The translations under genes and the position numbers were made by a program. Shown piece after piece: positions 48,580-55,728 of a stretch of DNA of 61,911 nucleotides. The number at the start of each line of letters is the position of its first letter. Position 1 is the stretch's first letter. Source of the stretch: Pseudomonadota bacterium (GTDB lineage: Bacteria > Pseudomonadota > Alphaproteobacteria > Sphingomonadales > Sphingomonadaceae). Under the pieces are notes generated by a model. It saw only the letters and a program-made list of their open reading frames with translations, made no database searches and had not been told where the DNA came from. The stretch is from assembly GCA_039804965.1 (NCBI GenBank), contig JBDLVD010000001.1:1-61911 (forward strand). The letters are read 5' to 3'.

Positions 48580-49874
48580 TGGTGCACGATGACCGTGCCG
48601 CCTTCCTTGCCACACTGACACCGGCCGAACGGCAGACCTTCCGCTGGCATTGGGATATCTGGGCGCGGCCCGAACAGTTGCCGCCATCGGGGGACTGGAG
48701 CCAATGGCTCGTCTGCGCCGGGCGGGGCTTTGGCAAAAGCAGACTTGGTGCCGAATGGGTTCGTCAGGTCGCGCGTGACGATCCAAAGGCGCGCATCGCG
48801 CTGGTCGGAGGATCGCTGGCGGAAGTGCGGGCGGTGATGGTGGAAGGCGAAAGTGGCATCATGGCCTGTTACCCGCCGCAGTTCCGCCCGGAATTTGCCC
48901 CGTCGCTGCGCCGGCTGACATGGCCCAACGGCGCGCAGGCGTGCCTCTATTCCGCCGCTGAGCCTGAAAGCCTGCGCGGCCCGCAGCACAGCCACGCGTG
49001 GTGCGATGAAATCGGCAAGTGGGACATGGCCGCAGGCCGCGCGGTGAACAGCTGGGACAACCTGCTGCTGGGCCTGCGGCTGGGTGAACACCCGCGCGTG
49101 CTGGCCACCACCACGCCGCGCGCTGTGCCGCTGATGCAACGGCTGATGGCCGAAGTGACCACCGGCAATTGCGCGCTGACGCAAGGGCGCACCTATGACA
49201 ACGCTGCCAACCTGCCGCCCCGTTTCGTCACCGCGATGCGGCGCAAATTCGGCCGCAGTGCGCTAGGCCGGCAGGAACTGGACGGCGAAATGCTGACTGA
49301 AGTGGACGGCGCCTTGTGGACCCGCGCCATGCTGGAAACGTGCCGTGCCGAACCCGGCAACAGCGCGTGGCAGCGCGTCGTGATCGGCGTCGATCCGCCG
49401 GCTTCGGCGCGCGGCGATGAATGCGGCATTGTGGCGGCGGCGCTGGACAGTGACGGGGTGGCACACGTGCTGGCAGATGCCAGTATCGGGCGCGCCAGCC
49501 CCGAACGCTGGGCCGCCGCCGTCGCGCAGGCCGCAGACCGGTGGGGGGCCGACAGGATCGTGGCCGAAGCCAACCAAGGCGGGGACATGGTCCGCAGCGT
49601 GCTGCGCGCCGCCGACTGTGCGATGCCCGTGCAGCTGGTCCACGCCAGCCGGGGCAAGGCCGCGCGGGCAGAACCCGTGGCCGCGCTGTATGAAACCGGG
49701 CGAGTGCGCCACGCGGGGCTGTTTCCCCGTCTGGAAGACCAGCTCTGCGGTCTGCTGGCAGGCGGCACCTACGAAGGTCCGGGCCGCAGCCCCGACCGTG
49801 CCGACGCGCTGGTCTGGGCTCTGACCGAACTGATGCTGGGCAAGCGGGCCACCCCCCGCGTGCTGCATGTCTGA
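48576..49874 (+). CDS. Large terminase
   Basis: Walker A AGRGFGKS, LRGP, Walker B AWCDE, TTTP, nuclease GVDP and SPDRADA. Confidence 0.95.
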   Translation: MMVHDDRAAFLATLTPAERQTFRWHWDIWARPEQLPPSGDWSQWLVCAGRGFGKSRLGAEWVRQVARDDPKARIALVGGSLAEVRAVMVEGESGIMACYPPQFRPEFAPSLRRLTWPNGAQACLYSAAEPESLRGPQHSHAWCDEIGKWDMAAGRAVNSWDNLLLGLRLGEHPRVLATTTPRAVPLMQRLMAEVTTGNCALTQGRTYDNAANLPPRFVTAMRRKFGRSALGRQELDGEMLTEVDGALWTRAMLETCRAEPGNSAWQRVVIGVDPPASARGDECGIVAAALDSDGVAHVLADASIGRASPERWAAAVAQAADRWGADRIVAEANQGGDMVRSVLRAADCAMPVQLVHASRGKAARAEPVAALYETGRVRHAGLFPRLEDQLCGLLAGGTYEGPGRSPDRADALVWALTELMLGKRATPRVLHV

Positions 49875-49896
49875 TCACCGACAAGGAATTCGCAAC

Positions 49897-51051
49897 ATGG
49901 CCTTCCTCGACGCCTTCCGCGCCGCCTTCAAGGGTGGCGGCGGGACCCGTGTGCCTTTGGCGCGCAGCTTTACCTCACCCTGGTCGTTCGCCATCGAGGG
50001 TGGCGGACGCGCGGCATTCGATTATCGCACAGCGGTGCACCGGGCCTATCTGGACAACCCGGTAGCGCAGCGTGCGGTGCGGATTGTGGCTGACGGGGTG
50101 GGCAGCGCGCCGCTGCTGCCGACCGATCCGGCCGCATTGGCACTGGTCAGCGCCACCAGCGCTGGGCAGTCGCTGCTCGAAACCCTCACCGCCAACCTGC
50201 TCCTGCACGGCAATGCCTTCATTCAGGTGATGCGCGGCGGGGACGGTGCGCCGGTGGAACTGTTCGCATTGCGGCCGGAGCGCCTGACAGTGGTTCCCGG
50301 CGCCGATGGCTGGCCCGCTGCCTGGCAATACAAGGTCGGCGATAGGACCATCACCCTGCCGGCAACCGACGAAGATGGCTGGCCCTGCGTGATCCATCTG
50401 AAGGCCTTTCATCCGGCGGACGACCATTACGGGGCGGGCTGCCTTTCGGCTGCGGACCAATCCGTCGCGATCCACAATGCCGCTGCCGCATGGAACCGCG
50501 CCTTGCTGGAAAACGCCGCCCGGCCAAGCGGCGCGCTGGTTTACGATGGCGGCGAAGGATCGACGCTGACGACCGACCAGTTCGATCGGCTGCGTGATGA
50601 ACTGGCCAGCGCCTTTTCCGGCAGCGGCAATGCCGGTCGGCCCATGCTGCTGGAAGGGGGGTTGAAATGGCAGAGCCTGTCGCTGTCCCCGGCGGACATG
50701 GACTTCGCCGCGCTGAAAGCCGCCGCTGCGCGTGACGTGGCGCTGGCCTTCGGGGTGCCGCCGATGCTGCTCGGCCTGCCGGGCGACAACACCTATGCCA
50801 ATTACCGCGAAGCCAGCCGCGCGCTATGGCGGCTGACGCTGCTACCGTTGGCGGACAAGATCCTGTCCGGCCTGCAGGAAGGTCTGGCGCCGTGGTTCAC
50901 CGACCTGCGGCTGGCGATCGATCTCGACCGCGTGCCCGCCCTCTCGGAAGACCGTGAACGGCTGTGGGCGCAAGTCACCGCCGCCGATTTTCTCGACCCT
51001 GATGAAAAACGCCGAATGCTTGGCCTGCCGGCAAAAGGAGAAGTGGCATGA
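49897..51051 (+). CDS. Portal protein (HK97-type)
   Basis: LLLHGNAF, NAARPSGAL, LLEGGLKW, AFGVPPMLLG. Confidence 0.95.
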   Translation: MAFLDAFRAAFKGGGGTRVPLARSFTSPWSFAIEGGGRAAFDYRTAVHRAYLDNPVAQRAVRIVADGVGSAPLLPTDPAALALVSATSAGQSLLETLTANLLLHGNAFIQVMRGGDGAPVELFALRPERLTVVPGADGWPAAWQYKVGDRTITLPATDEDGWPCVIHLKAFHPADDHYGAGCLSAADQSVAIHNAAAAWNRALLENAARPSGALVYDGGEGSTLTTDQFDRLRDELASAFSGSGNAGRPMLLEGGLKWQSLSLSPADMDFAALKAAAARDVALAFGVPPMLLGLPGDNTYANYREASRALWRLTLLPLADKILSGLQEGLAPWFTDLRLAIDLDRVPALSEDRERLWAQVTAADFLDPDEKRRMLGLPAKGEVA

Positions 51052-51356
51052 ACCGCGAAGACATGCTGGCCCGCCTGCTGGCGCAAGCCACAGCTGACGG
51101 CGGCGATCTGGTGACATTGCGCGCCATCGTGGAAGAAGCCAGCGAAGTGGGCGCCTTGCGTGTCCTCAACCGCCTCGGCCTGTCTGACCCGAAGGCACAG
51201 GACGATATCGACGAACTGCGCGATCTGCTTGCGGCATGGCGGGCGGCGAAAACCAGCGCGTGGAAGGCGGCGGCTGGCTGGGCCTTGCGCGGCTGCATGG
51301 CGTTGCTGCTTATCGGCATCGCGTTTCGCCTGGGTCTGACGGACATGCTGCGTTGA
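51048..51356 (+). CDS. Small GTA protein (DUF6127-like) with C-terminal TM helix
   Basis: LRAIVEEASE.GA...L..LGL.D..A..DI.ELR.LL.AWR; ATGA coupling to the portal gene. Confidence 0.8.
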   Translation: MNREDMLARLLAQATADGGDLVTLRAIVEEASEVGALRVLNRLGLSDPKAQDDIDELRDLLAAWRAAKTSAWKAAAGWALRGCMALLLIGIAFRLGLTDMLR

Positions 51357-51754
51357 CCGCCGCGCTCCGGATCGCGGGCTATGCCGCGCTGTTCGACATC
51401 CCCGATGGCGCGCGCGACACCATTCGCAAGGGGGCCTTCGCCCGCACGCTGGCCCGTCGCACCACGCCGCTGCCGCTGTTCTGGCAACACCGGCCTGACC
51501 AGCGCATCGGCACGGTGGAAACCGTTGCCGAAGATGACCGCGGCCTGCGCGTGATTGCCGGTATCGACAACCCCGCAAGCCGTGCGGTGGCCATGTTGCT
51601 GCGCCGCGCCGTCAGCGGCCTCAGCTTCGGCTATCGCGCAGTCGGCTATCGCCTGCTCCCGGCTGGCCGGGTGCTGGAAGAAATCGAGCTGCTGGAAATC
51701 AGCCTGGTCGAACATCCGCTGCAAACCGGCGCCCGGGTGCATCTGGTGCGCTGA
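51353..51754 (+). CDS. HK97-family prohead protease
   Basis: IAGYAALF, PLFWQH, GLSFGY, EISLV; TTG start overlapping the previous stop. Confidence 0.9.
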   Translation: MTAALRIAGYAALFDIPDGARDTIRKGAFARTLARRTTPLPLFWQHRPDQRIGTVETVAEDDRGLRVIAGIDNPASRAVAMLLRRAVSGLSFGYRAVGYRLLPAGRVLEEIELLEISLVEHPLQTGARVHLVR

Positions 51755-51792
51755 TCGTACCCTGGCTCCCGTTCAGCCCAACCCATCCGTCC

Positions 51793-51816
51793 AGCCGCCT
51801 CCGGGGCGGTTTTTTT
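51793..51816 (+). terminator. Intra-operon intrinsic terminator before the capsid gene
   Basis: AGCCGCCT-ccg-GGGCGGTT stem followed by a run of T. Confidence 0.7.
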
Positions 51817-51844
51817 GTACCTCCAATAAAGGTGATTCCCCCTT

Positions 51845-52981
51845 ATGACTGTTGAACCTGCAACCGATGCGCTGGCCAATTCGTTCGATCTGGTCGCCCG
51901 CCAGGACGAAGCCGATCAGGCCATTTCGACCCTGCGTTCCGACGTTGACGAAGTGAAGACCCGGCTGGACCGCGTCGGCCGCGCGGCAGCCCGCCCGGCG
52001 CTGGACGGCGCTGCTGCCGCCAGCGTGGAAGTGAAAGGCTTCGTCGATGGCTATCTTCGCCGTGGCCGCGAAGCCGAAGTGAAATCCATCTCCGGCAATG
52101 TCGCCGCGGATGGCGGTTATGCCGTCCCGCGTGAAATCGATGCGATGATCGCCAGCGAACTGAAGAAGATCAGCCCGATCCGCCAGTTGGCGCAGGTGGT
52201 GCAGGTAGGCACCGCTGGCTATCGCAAGCTGATGACCATCGGCGGCACGGCTTCGGGCTGGGTCAGCGAAACCGCAGCTCGCCCGGAAACCGCCGCGCCG
52301 CACTTTGCGGAAATCGCCCCGCCGACGGGCGAACTCTATGCCAACCCGGCGGCTAGCCAGGCGATGCTGGATGATGCGGGCTTCGATCTGGAAGGCTGGC
52401 TGTCTGGCGAAATCGCCACAGAATTTGCCCGTGCGGAAGGCGATGCCTTCATCAAGGGATCGGGCATCAATCGTCCGCTCGGCTTCCTGTCATCGCCCAC
52501 TTCGGCGGCCAATGACGCGGCGCGCACGTTTGGCACCTTGCAGTTCGTCGGTTCAGGCAACGCTACCGGCTTTGACGCCAATCCCGAAAACAAGCTGATC
52601 GATCTGGTCCACACGCTGCGGGCAGGCCATCGGCAGGGTGCAAGCTGGGTGATGAATTCGGCCACGCTGGCGCAGGTTCGCAAGCTGAAGACGCCGGACG
52701 GGGCATTTCTTTGGCAGGCCGGCATCTTCGAAGGCCAGCCCGACAGGCTGCTCGGCTATCCGGTGGTCGAAGCCGAAGACATGCCCGATATTGCCGCCAA
52801 TGCCTTCCCGATCGCATTCGGCAATTTCCGCAACGGTTATCTGATCGCGGAACGCAGCGCGACCACGATCCTGCGCGATCCGTTCACCAACAAGCCGTTC
52901 GTCCATTTCTACGCCACCAAGCGCATCGGCGGGCAGGTGCTGGACAGTGCGGCCATCAAGCTGCTGCGAATCCAGGCCTGA
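51845..52981 (+). CDS. Major capsid protein (HK97 fold)
   Basis: GGYAVP, SPIRQLA, GWVSE, KLKT.DG.FLWQ, LLGYPV, FGNF, FYATKRIGG. Confidence 0.97.
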   Translation: MTVEPATDALANSFDLVARQDEADQAISTLRSDVDEVKTRLDRVGRAAARPALDGAAAASVEVKGFVDGYLRRGREAEVKSISGNVAADGGYAVPREIDAMIASELKKISPIRQLAQVVQVGTAGYRKLMTIGGTASGWVSETAARPETAAPHFAEIAPPTGELYANPAASQAMLDDAGFDLEGWLSGEIATEFARAEGDAFIKGSGINRPLGFLSSPTSAANDAARTFGTLQFVGSGNATGFDANPENKLIDLVHTLRAGHRQGASWVMNSATLAQVRKLKTPDGAFLWQAGIFEGQPDRLLGYPVVEAEDMPDIAANAFPIAFGNFRNGYLIAERSATTILRDPFTNKPFVHFYATKRIGGQVLDSAAIKLLRIQA

Positions 52982-52997
52982 TCGATCGGTCCGGCTC

Positions 52998-53080
52998 CCG
53001 GGGTGTGCGGATGACGCACCCCCGGTCCCCGCGCCCGCGCCGCTGTTGCGGTTCCCTCTCCCGCCCGGCGGCGCGGGCGC
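52998..53080 (+). other. Double-hairpin RNA structure downstream of the capsid gene
   Basis: 11-bp stem at 52998-53025; 15-bp stem at 53031-53045/53066-53080 with inner loop TTCCCTCTC. Confidence 0.7.
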
Positions 53081-53116
53081 ACCCCCATTCCCATCCGCAA
53101 TCTTAGGGAGACCGCC

Positions 53117-53665
53117 ATGAAGCGGGCAATCCTCGCCCCCGCGCCCCTTGCGGGTGCGGCCCTGGCAGAGCTGAAAGACTGGCTCGCCATTACCACCCCG
53201 CGTGACGATGCGGTGCTGACCGCGCAACTGCGCGCCGCGCTGGAAATGTGCGAGGCGTTTACCGGCCAGATGCCGCTCGCCGCGCAATGCGAAGAAGTGC
53301 TGCCCGCATCCGCCGGGTGGCAGGCTTTGCAGACCATGCCGATACAAGCCATCACGTCGGTGCAGGGCATCCCGGCCGAAGGCGCGCGGTTCGCCATTGC
53401 GGCGCCGGATTACGCGATCGAACTGGATGCGGGGGGCGGGGCGACCATCCGCTTGCTGCAACAGGGTGCCGCCGGGCGGATCGCGGTCCGTTTCACCGCC
53501 GGGATCGCCGCGGACTGGTCCGGCCTGCCGGACATGCTGCGGCAGGGTGTGCTGCGGCTGGCCGCGCACCAGCACCGCCAACGCGACAACGGCGATGCCC
53601 AGGCCATTCCGCCCGCAGCGGTCGCCGCACTGTGGCGGCCGTGGCGGCGGATGCGACTGGCATGA
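53117..53665 (+). CDS. Head-tail adaptor/connector (gp6-like)
   Basis: LAELK.WL.I....DD, CEAFTG, F.AG.....LP..LRQG.L.LAAH, AVAALWRPWR. Confidence 0.9.
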   Translation: MKRAILAPAPLAGAALAELKDWLAITTPRDDAVLTAQLRAALEMCEAFTGQMPLAAQCEEVLPASAGWQALQTMPIQAITSVQGIPAEGARFAIAAPDYAIELDAGGGATIRLLQQGAAGRIAVRFTAGIAADWSGLPDMLRQGVLRLAAHQHRQRDNGDAQAIPPAAVAALWRPWRRMRLA

Positions 53666-53829
53666 TCCGCGCGACCTTGAACGGTGCGGATGGCCTTGCC
53701 GCCCGCCTCGCCAGCCATGCCGCACAGATCGCCGCCGCTGCTGCGGAATCCAGCCTTCGCGCCAGACGTGCGGACCCGCTGCGCTGGCGCATGGCGGGCC
53801 TGCTGTGGCCACTTTTCACAAAGGATTGA
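53662..53829 (+). CDS. 55-aa protein in the head-closure (stopper) position
   Basis: ATGA-coupled to the adaptor; MIRATLNG...WRMAGLLWPLFTKD; its end carries the AAGGA RBS of the next gene. Confidence 0.65.
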   Translation: MIRATLNGADGLAARLASHAAQIAAAAAESSLRARRADPLRWRMAGLLWPLFTKD

Positions 53830-53832
53830 TCG

Positions 53833-54222
53833 ATGGAAAGTGTCTTGCGCGCCAGCCTGATCGCATGGTTGCAAGCCGATCCGGCCCTGGCGGATGGCCT
53901 CAACACAATCACCGAAGAAGCGTCATTGCGCGCCAGTCCGCCGTGGCTCGGCATAGTCGCCAGCGCCAGCACCGATTGGAGCGTGAAGGACCGGCAAGGA
54001 CGCGAAGTGCGCCTGGCGATGGAACTGCATTGCCGGGGCGACGACCCTGCCACCGCCGCCGCGCTGGGTTCCGCAATCGAGGCGCGGGTGAATGCGTTGC
54101 CGGCCAACCAGCCGGGCTTCAGCGTGGCCAATTGCACGTTCCTGCGCGCCCGCGCCGAACAGCGGCCCGGCAATTTGCGCGCCGTGCTGATCGAATACCG
54201 TTTCCGCCTGCTGGCGGCCTGA
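53833..54222 (+). CDS. Tail terminator/completion protein (DUF3168-like)
   Basis: L.ADPAL, PWL, DWS.K...GRE; position before the tail tube gene. Confidence 0.85.
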   Translation: MESVLRASLIAWLQADPALADGLNTITEEASLRASPPWLGIVASASTDWSVKDRQGREVRLAMELHCRGDDPATAAALGSAIEARVNALPANQPGFSVANCTFLRARAEQRPGNLRAVLIEYRFRLLAA

Positions 54223-54242
54223 TCCCTGCAAGGAGAATCCCG

Positions 54243-54650
54243 ATGACAGCCCAGAAAGGCTCTGCCTTCCTTCTCAAGATTTCCGACGGCAACCAGCCCG
54301 CCGTTTACCAGACCGTGGCCGGCCTGCGCACCACGCAGATGTCGATCAACGGCGATCCGGTGGTCGTGACCAGCAAGGATTCCGGTGGCTGGCGCGATCT
54401 GCTGCCCGGTGCCGGAACCCGTTCGGTGTCGGTCAGCGCGGCTGGCATCTTCCTCGGCAGCCAAGCCGAAACGCTGGTCCGCACCCATGTGCTTTCCGGC
54501 CAGATCGCCAACTACGAACTGTCGTTCGACGGCGGTGAGAAGATGCGCGGCAATTTCCTCGTCCAGCGGCTCGACTACGCCGGGGATTTCAACGGGGAAC
54601 GCAGCTACACACTGCAACTCGAAAGCTCCGGCCCGGTGATCCCGGCGTGA
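54243..54650 (+). CDS. Tail tube protein (TP901-1-type major tail protein)
   Basis: MTAQKGSAFLLK, VAGLR, SGGWR.LL, LDYAGDFNGE..Y...LESSG; GGAG RBS. Confidence 0.93.
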   Translation: MTAQKGSAFLLKISDGNQPAVYQTVAGLRTTQMSINGDPVVVTSKDSGGWRDLLPGAGTRSVSVSAAGIFLGSQAETLVRTHVLSGQIANYELSFDGGEKMRGNFLVQRLDYAGDFNGERSYTLQLESSGPVIPA

Positions 54651-54961
54651 CGCAGACAGCCAATGCCTTGCGTGGCGAAGCTGTAATTACGGTTGGCAGC
54701 CATGCCCGCCGCTTGCGGCCCAGCTTTGCCGCACTCGTCGCGGCGGAAGAGGAGATCGGCCCGCTGTTCGCACTGGTCGAACGGGCCGGTGAAGGCCAGT
54801 TGCGGCTGTCCGAAATGGCGGCGCTGTTCTGGCATTGTCTGGCAGAACGCGACGACCTGTCGCGCGAAGACGTGGGCGAAGCCGTGCTCGACTGCGGGCT
54901 GGCGGGCTGTTCGGTACCGCTGCGCATGGTGTTGAAACAGATCCTGCAGGGCCGGGGATGA
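54647..54961 (+). CDS. Tail assembly chaperone (GTA gp10 family)
   Basis: AN.LRGE, LRPSFAALVAAEEE.G.LFALVER. Confidence 0.88.
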   Translation: MTQTANALRGEAVITVGSHARRLRPSFAALVAAEEEIGPLFALVERAGEGQLRLSEMAALFWHCLAERDDLSREDVGEAVLDCGLAGCSVPLRMVLKQILQGRG

Positions 54962-55164
54962 GCGGCACTTTCGCCGCATCTGCCCTGCAACTGGCCGGCC
55001 TTGTCCCGCGCCTGCTTGGCTGGCGGCCTGACGAATTCTGGAATGCAACCCCGGCGGAACTGGCCGCGATCCTGATCGTGCCTGCGGGCATCGATGGCGA
55101 TCCGCTGTCTCGCCGGGATCTTGCCGTGATGATGGAGCGTGACGCAAATGGCCGACAAGATTGA
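54958..55164 (+). CDS. Second tail assembly chaperone (rcc01693-like)
   Basis: LGWRPDEFWNATPAEL; ATGA coupling. Confidence 0.85.
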   Translation: MSGTFAASALQLAGLVPRLLGWRPDEFWNATPAELAAILIVPAGIDGDPLSRRDLAVMMERDANGRQD

Positions 55165-55726
55165 AACGCTGCTGGTCGATGTCCGCGCCAGCACCGATGG
55201 TTTTCAGGCTGACATCGCCCGCATGCGCGGCACGCTGGATACCGGGCTGGTCGACGGTTTCTCGCGCGCAGGCAATGTGCTGGAACGCGGACTGCTGGGC
55301 GCGTTGCGGCGCGGCAGTATCGGGTTTGATGACCTGAAGCGCACCGCCCTTCAGGCAATGGACGATATCGCTTCACGCGCGCTGACTGCCGGGATCGGCG
55401 ATCTGGCACAGGGCAACGGCGCCGCGGCAGGAACGGGTATCACCGCATTGCTGACCGGCGCAGTCGGCGCATTGTTCGGCTTGCCCGGCCGCGCGACGGG
55501 TGGGCCGGTATCCCCCGGCTCCGCCTATGTCGTGGGCGAGCGCGGGCCGGAAATGTTCGTCCCCACCAGCGCCGGCCGCATTGAAACCGGCGCGGGAGGT
55601 TCGGCACGCGATGTGCGCGTTTCCATCGCCATGACCGCGCCGCGCGGCACCGACGTCCCTACCGCCATGCGCCGATCCAGCCGCCAGGTGGCCAGCACGA
55701 TCCGCCGCGCATTGAAGGAATTCTGA
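55148..55726 (+). CDS. Short tail tape measure protein (192 aa)
   Basis: Ala/Gly-rich helices; RATGGPV...YVVGERGPE.FVP lambda-TMP-like C-terminal motif. Confidence 0.88.
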   Translation: MADKIETLLVDVRASTDGFQADIARMRGTLDTGLVDGFSRAGNVLERGLLGALRRGSIGFDDLKRTALQAMDDIASRALTAGIGDLAQGNGAAAGTGITALLTGAVGALFGLPGRATGGPVSPGSAYVVGERGPEMFVPTSAGRIETGAGGSARDVRVSIAMTAPRGTDVPTAMRRSSRQVASTIRRALKEF

Positions 55727-55728
55727 CC

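Noticed and set aside
54940-54961. Programmed -1 frameshift between the two tail chaperones
   Set aside because: No XXXYYYZ slippery heptamer is visible, and ATGA coupling explains the second ORF; not fully excluded
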